Positions 19,725-28,086 of a stretch of 64,000 nt of DNA are shown here, piece after piece. Position 1 is the first letter of the stretch, and each line of letters opens with the position of its first letter. Below the pieces are notes generated by a model. The model was not told the DNA's origin and ran no database searches. It was given only the letters and a program-made list of their open reading frames with translations. A program made the position numbers and the translations under genes. Source of the stretch: Patescibacteria group bacterium (lineage in GTDB: Bacteria > Patescibacteriota > WWE3 > UBA101185 > UBA10185); contig BPJL01000004.1 of assembly GCA_026004595.1 (NCBI GenBank), positions 11,919-75,918 on the forward strand. The letters run 5' to 3'.

Positions 19725-20969
19725 TCAACGGACGATAAGAGGCAGGAAGACCTCGTACATTCCGTTACTAATCGTAGCCGACCAGGTTTGCACGTAAGGC
19801 TGAACGTTCCGGGCGGTAACGGTGATGATTTCGCCGGGTAGAGGCTTTACATTCTTGTGAATCACAACCTCCACTACTCCGGCTCCATCCGCCGCCACAA
19901 CAAACTCCCAGAAACCATCAGGGTTCCACGAAAAAGATCCTGTTCCCCTCGTTATCAATGGGTCTTGTTCCTTTTCGGCGACAACCTGGATAGTGATCTG
20001 CAATCCCGGATCGGTATTAATTACCGGAACAATATCATATGGGTTCGCGGTAACTATGGACAGAGCCGAACCACTCTGCATGGAATACCATTGTTCTGTC
20101 GTGTTGACCCCACCTCCGAGACTGACAGGACGCTGACCGTTACTCACAGTTGCCTGCCAGAAATAGGAGGCTTGGCCGGGATACCAGGCTGACACAATAA
20201 CTGCGTGACCGGGTAAAGGCCCCACGACCTCAGAGTGGATTACAATTTCCACCACCCCGTCAGGATCAGACACAACAGAGAATTCCCAATACCCGTCGGC
20301 GCTCCATACAAAAGTACCTGTGCCCTTAGTAATAACGGGGTCTTGTTCCTTCTCAGTGACAACCCTCATAATGACATCAGAACCCGGTTCGGAATAAACC
20401 GTCCCGACAATGTCAAAAGAGTTTTCTGTCACAACGTCGATGTTGCCCCCGATCACAGCACTGGTCCAACCATGTGGTGTATTAATACCACCGGCCAGGG
20501 CCAAGGGAGTGTCTCCATTGCTAATCGTAGCCGACCAGGATTGAGTTGGTTGGTCTGCATACCAGGCGTAAACGTATACCGTTTTGCCAGGAAGAGACAC
20601 AACATTATCCATGTGTACCACAACCTCCACCACTCCGGTCTCATCCGCCGACACAACAAACTCCCAGAACCCATCGGAATTCCAAGTGAACGTTCCCGTC
20701 CCCCTGCCGATCCAGGGATCCTGCCCTCGCTCGGTGGCAACCCGAATGGTGACCAATAGTCCCGGTTCGGTATATACCGTTGGAACGATATCGTAAAACC
20801 CAAATTCGGTCACAACATCTAGGCTAGAACCGTCCCGCGCGGAATGCCACTGCTCCTTGGTGTTGACACCACCTTCGAGCACAAAGTTTGCAGCATTAAC
20901 AGTGGGCGGTTTAAACACGACCAAAATCGAAAACAACAAAACAAAAGAAAAAGCTAATCTTGCTTTCAT
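19725..20969 (-). CDS. Secreted protein with three ~125-aa tandem beta-rich repeats and C-terminal VFLPLIVR
   Basis: Signal peptide; repeats GG(V/I)NT..W...QDP.I.(R/K)GTG.F.W..DG(F/Y)WEF...W.AT(I/V)SNG x3; SD AGGAGG. Confidence 0.8.
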   Translation of the reverse strand: MKARLAFSFVLLFSILVVFKPPTVNAANFVLEGGVNTKEQWHSARDGSSLDVVTEFGFYDIVPTVYTEPGLLVTIRVATERGQDPWIGRGTGTFTWNSDGFWEFVVSADETGVVEVVVHMDNVVSLPGKTVYVYAWYADQPTQSWSATISNGDTPLALAGGINTPHGWTSAVIGGNIDVVTENSFDIVGTVYSEPGSDVIMRVVTEKEQDPVITKGTGTFVWSADGYWEFSVVSDPDGVVEIVIHSEVVGPLPGHAVIVSAWYPGQASYFWQATVSNGQRPVSLGGGVNTTEQWYSMQSGSALSIVTANPYDIVPVINTDPGLQITIQVVAEKEQDPLITRGTGSFSWNPDGFWEFVVAADGAGVVEVVIHKNVKPLPGEIITVTARNVQPYVQTWSATISNGMYEVFLPLIVR

Positions 20970-21017
20970 TTCACTCCTCCTAATTTTGGATTTGTTTATT
21001 ATTGGAAAATTTTGCTG

Positions 21018-21046
21018 ATTCTACACCGCAACCCCCCAAAAGTCAA
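21018..21046 (-). promoter_or_regulatory. Sigma70 promoter for triple-repeat gene
   Basis: TTGACT-17-TAGAAT. Confidence 0.7.
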
Positions 21047-21048
21047 AA

Positions 21049-23367
21049 CTATAGGATTTCAACCAAGGGGTAATAACAGACCGCATTCCCATCATAACAA
21101 ATGAAAAAGTCCCAGTTCTTGTTAAAATTCCTAATGATTTGCTTCTTACTCGTAACCTCAATTTGAATCAAATCTTTCAAGGGTATAGAAACATTTCCTT
21201 TCTTTCCATCCAGCAAAGCAGACTCCCATCTCCAACCGCTATAGGCATAGGCAACATATACAGGATCCTCGAAGCTAGTCAGATAAATTTCAACTTCCCT
21301 GTCATGCAAAACGACTTCAACTGCCCCGTCCAGAGTTGTGAAAGGAGAAAAGTATGATTTGGGACCAAGGCGCCCTTGGAAATAATAATAAGTATCAAAC
21401 GACCCTCTCAAAAGTTCATCGTACTTACTATCTCTAATGAAATGTTGGTCATAATAACGCCACCCATGAAGTTCCTTTATATTCATCTCGTTAACAGGCA
21501 GATCAATCTTAACCTTGCTCACGCCTTCAAGGCTCACCCTCATTTGATTACCTCCCCCCTCGGGATATACCATTTCAACCACATCTCCGCTGTCTTTATA
21601 TAACCTAAATTTAAAAGACCTTCTGGGCAACAATTCTCTATCTAATATCAAATTGTTTCCCATATAAACATTCAAATGTTCTTGATTAAGAATTGGGTTG
21701 TTGTAATTCAGATAATTGTTTCTTTTGTAAAGATATAAAACATTTCCGTCGGGCAGTTCGAATGACTTAACAAGTTCAAAGTCAGGGTGTTCCCCTTCCA
21801 GGAAGTAGCTCACAAACTGCCTCAAAATCGCGATGTTTCTTAGCCCCGGAGGTCCCGGATCTTGCGGTATTAAGGCAAAATCCATCATAGATAGATAATT
21901 TGCCAGTTCTTCTTCACTCATAGCATCGGGACGGTTATATGGAATCATCAGATTCATATCGTAGTATCTGTTTTCCAACAGGAACATATCAAAAGACGCA
22001 ATTGAATAATATCTGTTATCAGATACCTCGAGAACCCTGTATTTACCGTGTATGTTTGGTTCGGCCTGAGCTATCTGATTAATTGTATGTATTATTTCCT
22101 CCCCTCTCCAATCTAGCCCGTTGTACGAATAGGAATACGGCTCGGCAACCCAAGTCATTTTGTAACCGGGGCCTGCAAAAAGGGTTGAAACAAAATACAG
22201 GTTTTTCGGAAGAGTTCGGTATTGGTTAAAAGAGAAAAAGAAGAAGTAAAAAAGAAGGTAAAAACTATAAACCCCTATGCCAATGTTAGGCAAAGTTTTT
22301 GTTGGCCGCATTGTGAAAAAACAGGCTATGGAAAAAGCGAAAAGAGGGGTTAAAGGCAGTATGTACCTAAGGTCCTTATTTTGAATCAGAGTAAGGATAA
22401 GATAGGGAGTGAGGGTCGCCCACAAGACATATTTTCCTAAACTTTTATTTTGCTTAAAAAGAAACATCACGGAAATAACAAATAGAAGCATTGAGACCAT
22501 ACCTATTTGGTGGGTGGTAGAAAGCTTGATGTAGTGAAAAAGACTCTCAAAACTTAAAACTTCAGATGGGTCACCGGCGTCTGCTGTGGACGAAACACGA
22601 ACATTTTCCAATATTGTTTTGAAGTTGACAACATACCAGGGCGCCGCAATAAGAAGCAAGATAATGCCATCCATCATAATGTTTGTCCACCTAATACGGT
22701 CGTGAAGAACCTTTGCTTTTAGCGGTGAGTAAAACACATGGTAAATGAAAGGAAAAGCAAGAAACACAAAAGCGTACCACTTAGTAAGCTGGGCAAAAGC
22801 CAAAAGAAGGAAAAAGAGAACGGAGTGGTATTTATCTATGAGACCGCGTGATTTTATTAAATGGTAAAACGAGCCCAATAACAGAGCGCACAGAGGGATA
22901 TCAAGGTGGTATTGCCTACTCTGCTCCCAAACCTGGGGAAAGAATGAGAAAAAGAGAACGGCTAACACAGCGGTCTTTTTATTTTGGGTTACCTCTTTTG
23001 TTATCAAATACAGGTAGATTTGGGCAATAATTAAAAAAATGCTTCCCAACATAAGAGCAAACTCATAATTTCTACCTATGAAAAGAAAGATGAGACTACC
23101 AAGGAAATGCAAAAGAGGCGGATAATACGTCGACACTTTGATAAGAGACAAAAGATTTGTGTGGCCGCCCAAAAACTCGGGAATTCGATCGGCGTAAATG
23201 TAAGAAAGGACAATGTGCCCCGCGCTGTCCCATGTCGGAGGTGCCGTGTTGACTGTCTGCCAGATTATGTTTAAGGCGAAATGGAAAAGGATTATCGCCG
23301 TCAGCGCGGCAATGTATTTATCTGAAAAAAAGGTTTTTATCTTCTCCGGAAGCTTGTCTGGATACAT
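21049..23367 (-). CDS. GT-C (ArnT/PMT, GT39/83-like) membrane glycosyltransferase
   Basis: PPTWDSAGH, YYPPL, SRQYHLDIP, LTKW, APWY, NKDLRYILP. Confidence 0.75.
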   Translation of the reverse strand: MYPDKLPEKIKTFFSDKYIAALTAIILFHFALNIIWQTVNTAPPTWDSAGHIVLSYIYADRIPEFLGGHTNLLSLIKVSTYYPPLLHFLGSLIFLFIGRNYEFALMLGSIFLIIAQIYLYLITKEVTQNKKTAVLAVLFFSFFPQVWEQSRQYHLDIPLCALLLGSFYHLIKSRGLIDKYHSVLFFLLLAFAQLTKWYAFVFLAFPFIYHVFYSPLKAKVLHDRIRWTNIMMDGIILLLIAAPWYVVNFKTILENVRVSSTADAGDPSEVLSFESLFHYIKLSTTHQIGMVSMLLFVISVMFLFKQNKSLGKYVLWATLTPYLILTLIQNKDLRYILPLTPLFAFSIACFFTMRPTKTLPNIGIGVYSFYLLFYFFFFSFNQYRTLPKNLYFVSTLFAGPGYKMTWVAEPYSYSYNGLDWRGEEIIHTINQIAQAEPNIHGKYRVLEVSDNRYYSIASFDMFLLENRYYDMNLMIPYNRPDAMSEEELANYLSMMDFALIPQDPGPPGLRNIAILRQFVSYFLEGEHPDFELVKSFELPDGNVLYLYKRNNYLNYNNPILNQEHLNVYMGNNLILDRELLPRRSFKFRLYKDSGDVVEMVYPEGGGNQMRVSLEGVSKVKIDLPVNEMNIKELHGWRYYDQHFIRDSKYDELLRGSFDTYYYFQGRLGPKSYFSPFTTLDGAVEVVLHDREVEIYLTSFEDPVYVAYAYSGWRWESALLDGKKGNVSIPLKDLIQIEVTSKKQIIRNFNKNWDFFICYDGNAVCYYPLVEIL

Positions 23368-23547
23368 TGAATATATGGTAGCACGAGGGGGCCGGGGGTT
23401 TAATAGGGATTGTCGGCAAAAAAGTACAAAAAAACCGCTGGACGCGGCTACAATAAAAAAATCACCGGAGGGGACAGATATAGAGCCAAAGTCTGAATTA
23501 GACTGGGTTCTTGTTCTGGTCCTCTCCGGTTCGTGCGGGTGTGGGTC

Positions 23548-24285
23548 TTACTTGGCGACGTCCTTAAGTTTGAAGACGCTACCATCGGTAAGCACGGCAA
23601 ATGACAGAGGTTTCTTCTCCGTTGCCTGCTTTTCAATAAGCTTCTCCTTCAGGGCGTCATCGACCGTCTTGTCCAAAGGAACGATGTAGCATTCCACCCA
23701 AACATTGAAGTGTTCGTTTTCTGGATTCCAGGTCGTGGTGACTTTAATAGATTCTGGATCGGTTGTGATGAACCCAGCGGTGAACCCTTTATCTGCAGAC
23801 GCGTAGACTTTCCCAGCAGATTCAGCAGAACCTGGATCGGACGACGCAACACAGATAATGATAGGCTTGCCGTCCTTTTTGTGGATCCCATCCCAGTCCC
23901 GGTTGCCGGTAATAATCGGAAAAGTCACACTTCCGGTATTAACAGCAGGGTAACCAGGATCGATTTCCCACCCCTTAATGAGTTCACCACCGCCAATCTG
24001 AGTGATACTCATAATCATTGGTAGAGACTGGGTGGGAGCCGATTGAGCTACGGAAGCGGGTGCAACTGGCTCAACCTTCTGTTCCACAACGATCTCAGGT
24101 TCAGGTGCAGTTTGCGGAGCTGAGGGGGGAGCTGCTTGTTCAACAGCCTTCGGAACCTCAGCCGCGACAGTAGCTGGTGCTTTTTTTGAAAGCGCACTGA
24201 GCACCGCCAAAATCACAACACACAGGACAATTGCCGCCAAGAAAAAAACTTGGCGTATCGTCCACGGCTTTGCAAAAATCTTCAT
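23548..24285 (-). CDS. Hypothetical membrane-anchored protein with Pro/Ala/Glu linker
   Basis: N-terminal TM, AAPPSAPQTAPEPE linker, strong SD AAAGGAGG. Confidence 0.7.
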   Translation of the reverse strand: MKIFAKPWTIRQVFFLAAIVLCVVILAVLSALSKKAPATVAAEVPKAVEQAAPPSAPQTAPEPEIVVEQKVEPVAPASVAQSAPTQSLPMIMSITQIGGGELIKGWEIDPGYPAVNTGSVTFPIITGNRDWDGIHKKDGKPIIICVASSDPGSAESAGKVYASADKGFTAGFITTDPESIKVTTTWNPENEHFNVWVECYIVPLDKTVDDALKEKLIEKQATEKKPLSFAVLTDGSVFKLKDVAK

Positions 24286-24289
24286 TTCA

Positions 24290-24645
24290 TCCTCCTTTAG
24301 GTCGGGCTGACAGCCCTTAGATTTATATTGGTTTAAATATTAGATCCCACACACCCCTCCAGCACACATCTCATAACCAAGATATGTACAAAAGGGGTGT
24401 AAGATCCTTCAACGGAATAGCAAAAAAAAGCCAAACCGTCTTAACCAAAAACCAATTATTAAGGAGATTTTCCCACACACGCATTGTCAAAGTACTTTTA
24501 CCGATATTATTCACCGGTAAAAAGCAGCTTTTAGACTGCTAATTTATAAGCCTCGCGGGCGCATAAACCAACAGTCTAACTAAATTGTGTATTCTGGAGA
24601 TTGTTCTAAAAATTTAGCGGTTGTACGTCTCCTTCCAGAACACAC
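24290..24645 (-). ncRNA. Candidate ~360-nt structured leader/ncRNA
   Basis: At least four long helices whose mismatches are G.U on the minus strand; boxA-like AAGTACTTTGA; upstream promoter. Confidence 0.5.
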
Positions 24646-24648
24646 TGC

Positions 24649-24677
24649 ATATTAGCAGAAACATGCCTATATGTCAA
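24649..24677 (-). promoter_or_regulatory. Sigma70 promoter
   Basis: TTGACA-17-TAATAT with TGn extension. Confidence 0.75.
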
Positions 24678-24782
24678 CACTATGGGGCTTCAGGTGGACT
24701 TTAATAGGAGTTTAGAAAAGAACTGGTCTACAGATTATCTTTTTGGCGTGTATGCTTTTTGATAATCTGTAGACCGACCAAC

Positions 24783-25010
24783 CTACCCTTTTTTTGCTTT
24801 CTCCTTTTTCATAAACAACTTGATCGTGGCACCCACCATCATTCCAATAAATTGGAGGACGATAGTAGTTGGGTCCCATGAAGGGGCTAGCTGCGGAAAT
24901 AGGAAGACATAGCTTAGCCCTAATAACACTAAGTACACAATTGTCAAAATTATTGACCATCGGTACCCAGCGAAAAACCCAACAACGCCGCCTACGATGA
25001 TATTAAACAT
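24783..25010 (-). CDS. Small hydrophobic membrane protein (75 aa)
   Basis: SD AAAGGAGG before MFNII; 2-3 TM segments, basic C-terminus. Confidence 0.65.
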   Translation of the reverse strand: MFNIIVGGVVGFFAGYRWSIILTIVYLVLLGLSYVFLFPQLAPSWDPTTIVLQFIGMMVGATIKLFMKKEKAKKG

Positions 25011-25115
25011 GTCTCCTCCTTTCATTTTTCGCCATCATACCATACTATAAGATAGTATGCCAAACCACCTTATGCCTTCTAACTCAGATGAGGAATCACC
25101 CAAACATCAAGCCAA

Positions 25116-25250
25116 TTACATCAAAACCTTACTCAACGCTTCCTCTATCAACTCCCCCAGCGTCATATCGTTTTGTATAGCGTGAACTTGAGCCAGCTTC
25201 TTTAGTGTTTTATCTATTAGAATGGTTGTTTTTACTTTGTTGGTAACCAT
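25116..25250 (-). CDS. 44-aa ribbon-helix-helix DNA-binding protein (not in ORF track)
   Basis: MVTNKVKTTILIDKTLKKLAQVHAIQNDMTLGELIEEALSKVLM; KTTI.I strand plus helix-helix with T(L)xE(L)IEEAL. Confidence 0.75.
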   Translation of the reverse strand: MVTNKVKTTILIDKTLKKLAQVHAIQNDMTLGELIEEALSKVLM

Positions 25251-25489
25251 AATTTATGTTAAACCAAATACAAAATATCCACATTTCGCAAAGTTATCCA
25301 CATTAAATTTTAACTTATAGGTTTTGCGCCTTTGTGGTTACTACATATAAATGTACAATAGTACATACTTACATAACAGCAACGAACATAATAATATACA
25401 GACAAACCTCTTAACATTTCATAAAAAACGACGTTTAAGCCCAATCTCCATCGCTTGTTATATGTGATAAAAAATGTAGAGTTTTTATA

Positions 25490-25607
25490 AATCATGCTTC
25501 GTCTGCTCTGAAGCATGGACTTATTGCAGTTAAAGACTGCAAACACGCTTCGATAAAAACACTCTGCGGTTGCCGCTCTGTATGTCGCCTCCATGGAGTG
25601 TTTTTTT
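25490..25607 (+). ncRNA. Candidate ~120-nt three-hairpin small RNA
   Basis: catgcttc/gaagcatg, ttgcagtt/gactgcaa, aaaaacactc/gagtgttttt followed by T run; TTGTTA-16-TAGAGT upstream. Confidence 0.4.
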
Positions 25608-25715
25608 ATGGCTAAATATTTTGTGCTTTGCTAAATCACCCCTACCCTGGTCAGCCACTTCCCAACTTTATTAGAAATATACTAATCGTGTGAATTCTCT
25701 AAACTACGCGGAATA

Positions 25716-26738
25716 TTAAGAATCAGCAGGTTCTCTACTATCGTTACCGCCTTCTGATATCTTTGAGAAAATAATCTTTCCTGCTGATGATTGAATTACC
25801 TTTGAAACCACGGCCTCAACCTCGCTTCCCAAATGTTTTTTCGCCCCCTCAACTACTATCATTGTGCCGTCCGGCAAATAACCCAAGCCCTGCTCCTTTT
25901 CCTTGCCTTCCTGCAATACCATTACCCTAATCGCCTCCCCTGGCAGCATAACCGTTTTCAAGCTATTTATAAGGTCATTTAGATTCAAGGTTCTTACACC
26001 AGCTACCTGAGCTACCTTATTTAAGTTGAAATCCATAGTCATCAGCCTAAGTCTGTGCTGTTTAGCGAATGAGACAAGCTTGGCATCCACTCCCCTTCCG
26101 TTTGACTTCATTTCAGGAACTATTACGCGACCGTGTCTTTTCAAATCCTTGGCTATGTCCAGGCCTCTCCTGCCTCGTTGTCTTTTTATCTTATCTTTGC
26201 TATCAGCGATAGTTTGAAGCTCGTCCAACACCTCCTGCAATATAACAAAGCGGTTATCAAGAAAGCCTGTTTTCACTATATCCATTATCCTTCCATCAAC
26301 CAAAACCGAGGTATCCAGAACAATGGCGTGTTCAAGCTCTGCTCTTCTCTTTGCCGAGTCTTCCTCAATTTTTCTTCTCTGTTTTTCTCTCCGAGCATCC
26401 TGAATCCTACGAGATTGCTGCTCCCAAAAATTGGTAACTATCTCATTCACAACCTTTCTAATAGTAGCTTCTGTCCAATATTTCGCGCTTATCAAAAAAA
26501 GGGGAAAGACATAGAAACCCACAAGAGCAGAAACCGCCGATACCAAAACTTCAAGAAAGTTGTGGTAACCGAAAAATGGAAGCTCCATGAAAAACGCCGT
26601 ACGTGAAAGGTTAAAGCCAAGAATAGCAAATATGACAAGAAAGCTGACCCTTGCAACAGGGTTAAAAGTTTTTAACTGGGGGATTTCCCTTTTTGTTTGG
26701 TGTTGTTCTGTTGTTGTCTTTTGCTCGTTTTTTTCCAC
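25716..26738 (-). CDS. PIN/TRAM domain membrane protein (YacL family)
   Basis: LDTSVLVDGRI, ELQTIADS, RGRRGLD, DFNLNKVA, GKEKEQGLGYLPDGTMIVVE. Confidence 0.92.
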   Translation of the reverse strand: MEKNEQKTTTEQHQTKREIPQLKTFNPVARVSFLVIFAILGFNLSRTAFFMELPFFGYHNFLEVLVSAVSALVGFYVFPLFLISAKYWTEATIRKVVNEIVTNFWEQQSRRIQDARREKQRRKIEEDSAKRRAELEHAIVLDTSVLVDGRIMDIVKTGFLDNRFVILQEVLDELQTIADSKDKIKRQRGRRGLDIAKDLKRHGRVIVPEMKSNGRGVDAKLVSFAKQHRLRLMTMDFNLNKVAQVAGVRTLNLNDLINSLKTVMLPGEAIRVMVLQEGKEKEQGLGYLPDGTMIVVEGAKKHLGSEVEAVVSKVIQSSAGKIIFSKISEGGNDSREPADS

Positions 26739-28077
26739 TATCTAAATTGTATCCCACGGACAGGCCCTTTGATACCGCTTCTCTTAAATTTTTAACGGTA
26801 TCCGGCGAGATTATACTTTCAAACCCCAACTTTTGAGCTTCCTTAGCTCTTTTTTCAGAATGAGACACCCTTCTTACCTCTCCGTTTAAACCTATTTCGC
26901 CGAATACTACACTTTTTTCCTTTATGGGCAAGTCTTTGACGGAAGATATTACGGCAAGACAAACCGCCAAGTCTGCGGCGTACTCGCTAATCTTGAAACC
27001 TCCGGCAACGTTTAGGTATATATCGTAACCACTTAAATCTATCCCGATTCTTTTTTCTATTGTAGCAACCAAAACCTGAAGGCGATTGGCATTAAAACCG
27101 CTTGCCGTGCGTCTTGGGTAGCCAAAACTTGTTCTGACAGTAAGAGCTTGCACCTCAAACAATAGGGGCCTGTATCCTTCCATGACAACAGTCACACAAG
27201 AACCCGAGGTGCCAAAAACATGTTCTTCCAAAAAAAGCTCCGAAGGATTTTTGACTTCCCTCATTCCTTTTTCCTGCATTTCGAATATGCCAACCTCTGA
27301 AATCGGCCCAAAACGATTTTTAGTAGTGCGAAGCATTCTAAACATATGTTGAGAGTCGCCTTCAAGGTAAAGTATCGTATCAACTATATGCTCTAGAACC
27401 TTAGGCCCGGCAACCATACCCTCTTTGTTAACGTGGCCAACTAAAACAACGGGGACACCCAGGCGTTTTGCAGCCATTGTAATTAATTGGGTGCACCCTC
27501 TAACCTGCGGAAGCGAACCAGAAATCCCCGCTATTTCCTCCGAATAAATGGCTTGCACTGAATCCACGATGACCAAACCAAGATTCTTTGTTGACTCCAT
27601 TGAAGATATAATCTCCTCCACTCCCGCTTCATTAAGCAAATACAAATTCTCGGCAGAATACTCCATTCTTTCGGTTCTTATCTTGATTTGATCCGAACTT
27701 TCTTCGCCCGCTACGTATAATATTTTTTGATCTTTCAGGCTTTTGGCTATGTCGGTTAGCAATGTGCTTTTGCCAATCCCCGGCTCTCCGGCCAAAAGAA
27801 CCACCTGCCCGGGAACAAAACCACCCCCGAGAACTCTATCAAACTCTGAAATATTAGATGACAACCTTTTTATGTTTTTTGCCGAAATTTTAGAAAGCTG
27901 GATTGGAGAGGCGATGCGGCCTTTCCCTGATCGTGACTGGTTTTTTGTCGTTACTCCGGCAACAACCACATCTTCTGCCATAGAATTCCACTCTTTGCAC
28001 TGAGGACACTGCCCAACCCAATGAGAAGACTGGTATCCGCAATTCTGGCAGGTGTAAACGCTTTTTAGTCTAGACAT
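26662..28077 (-). CDS. radA: DNA repair protein RadA/Sms
   Basis: C4 zinc finger, GEPGIGKST, KNRFG, Lon-like C-terminal domain. Confidence 0.97.
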   Translation of the reverse strand: MSRLKSVYTCQNCGYQSSHWVGQCPQCKEWNSMAEDVVVAGVTTKNQSRSGKGRIASPIQLSKISAKNIKRLSSNISEFDRVLGGGFVPGQVVLLAGEPGIGKSTLLTDIAKSLKDQKILYVAGEESSDQIKIRTERMEYSAENLYLLNEAGVEEIISSMESTKNLGLVIVDSVQAIYSEEIAGISGSLPQVRGCTQLITMAAKRLGVPVVLVGHVNKEGMVAGPKVLEHIVDTILYLEGDSQHMFRMLRTTKNRFGPISEVGIFEMQEKGMREVKNPSELFLEEHVFGTSGSCVTVVMEGYRPLLFEVQALTVRTSFGYPRRTASGFNANRLQVLVATIEKRIGIDLSGYDIYLNVAGGFKISEYAADLAVCLAVISSVKDLPIKEKSVVFGEIGLNGEVRRVSHSEKRAKEAQKLGFESIISPDTVKNLREAVSKGLSVGYNLDSGKKRAKDNNRTTPNKKGNPPVKNF

Positions 28078-28086
28078 AAATATATA

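Noticed and set aside
19725-20969. Diversity-generating retroelement template/variable repeats
   Set aside because: Repeats are in-frame protein domains differing at all base types; no reverse transcriptase in the window
25260-25480. Replication origin
   Set aside because: Only two DnaA-box-like sites, no dnaA/dnaN nearby, and by eye the plus strand stays C-rich on both sides
25310-25594. 94-aa ORF from the track
   Set aside because: Atypical Tyr/Cys-rich composition; overlaps AT-rich promoter sequence and hairpins
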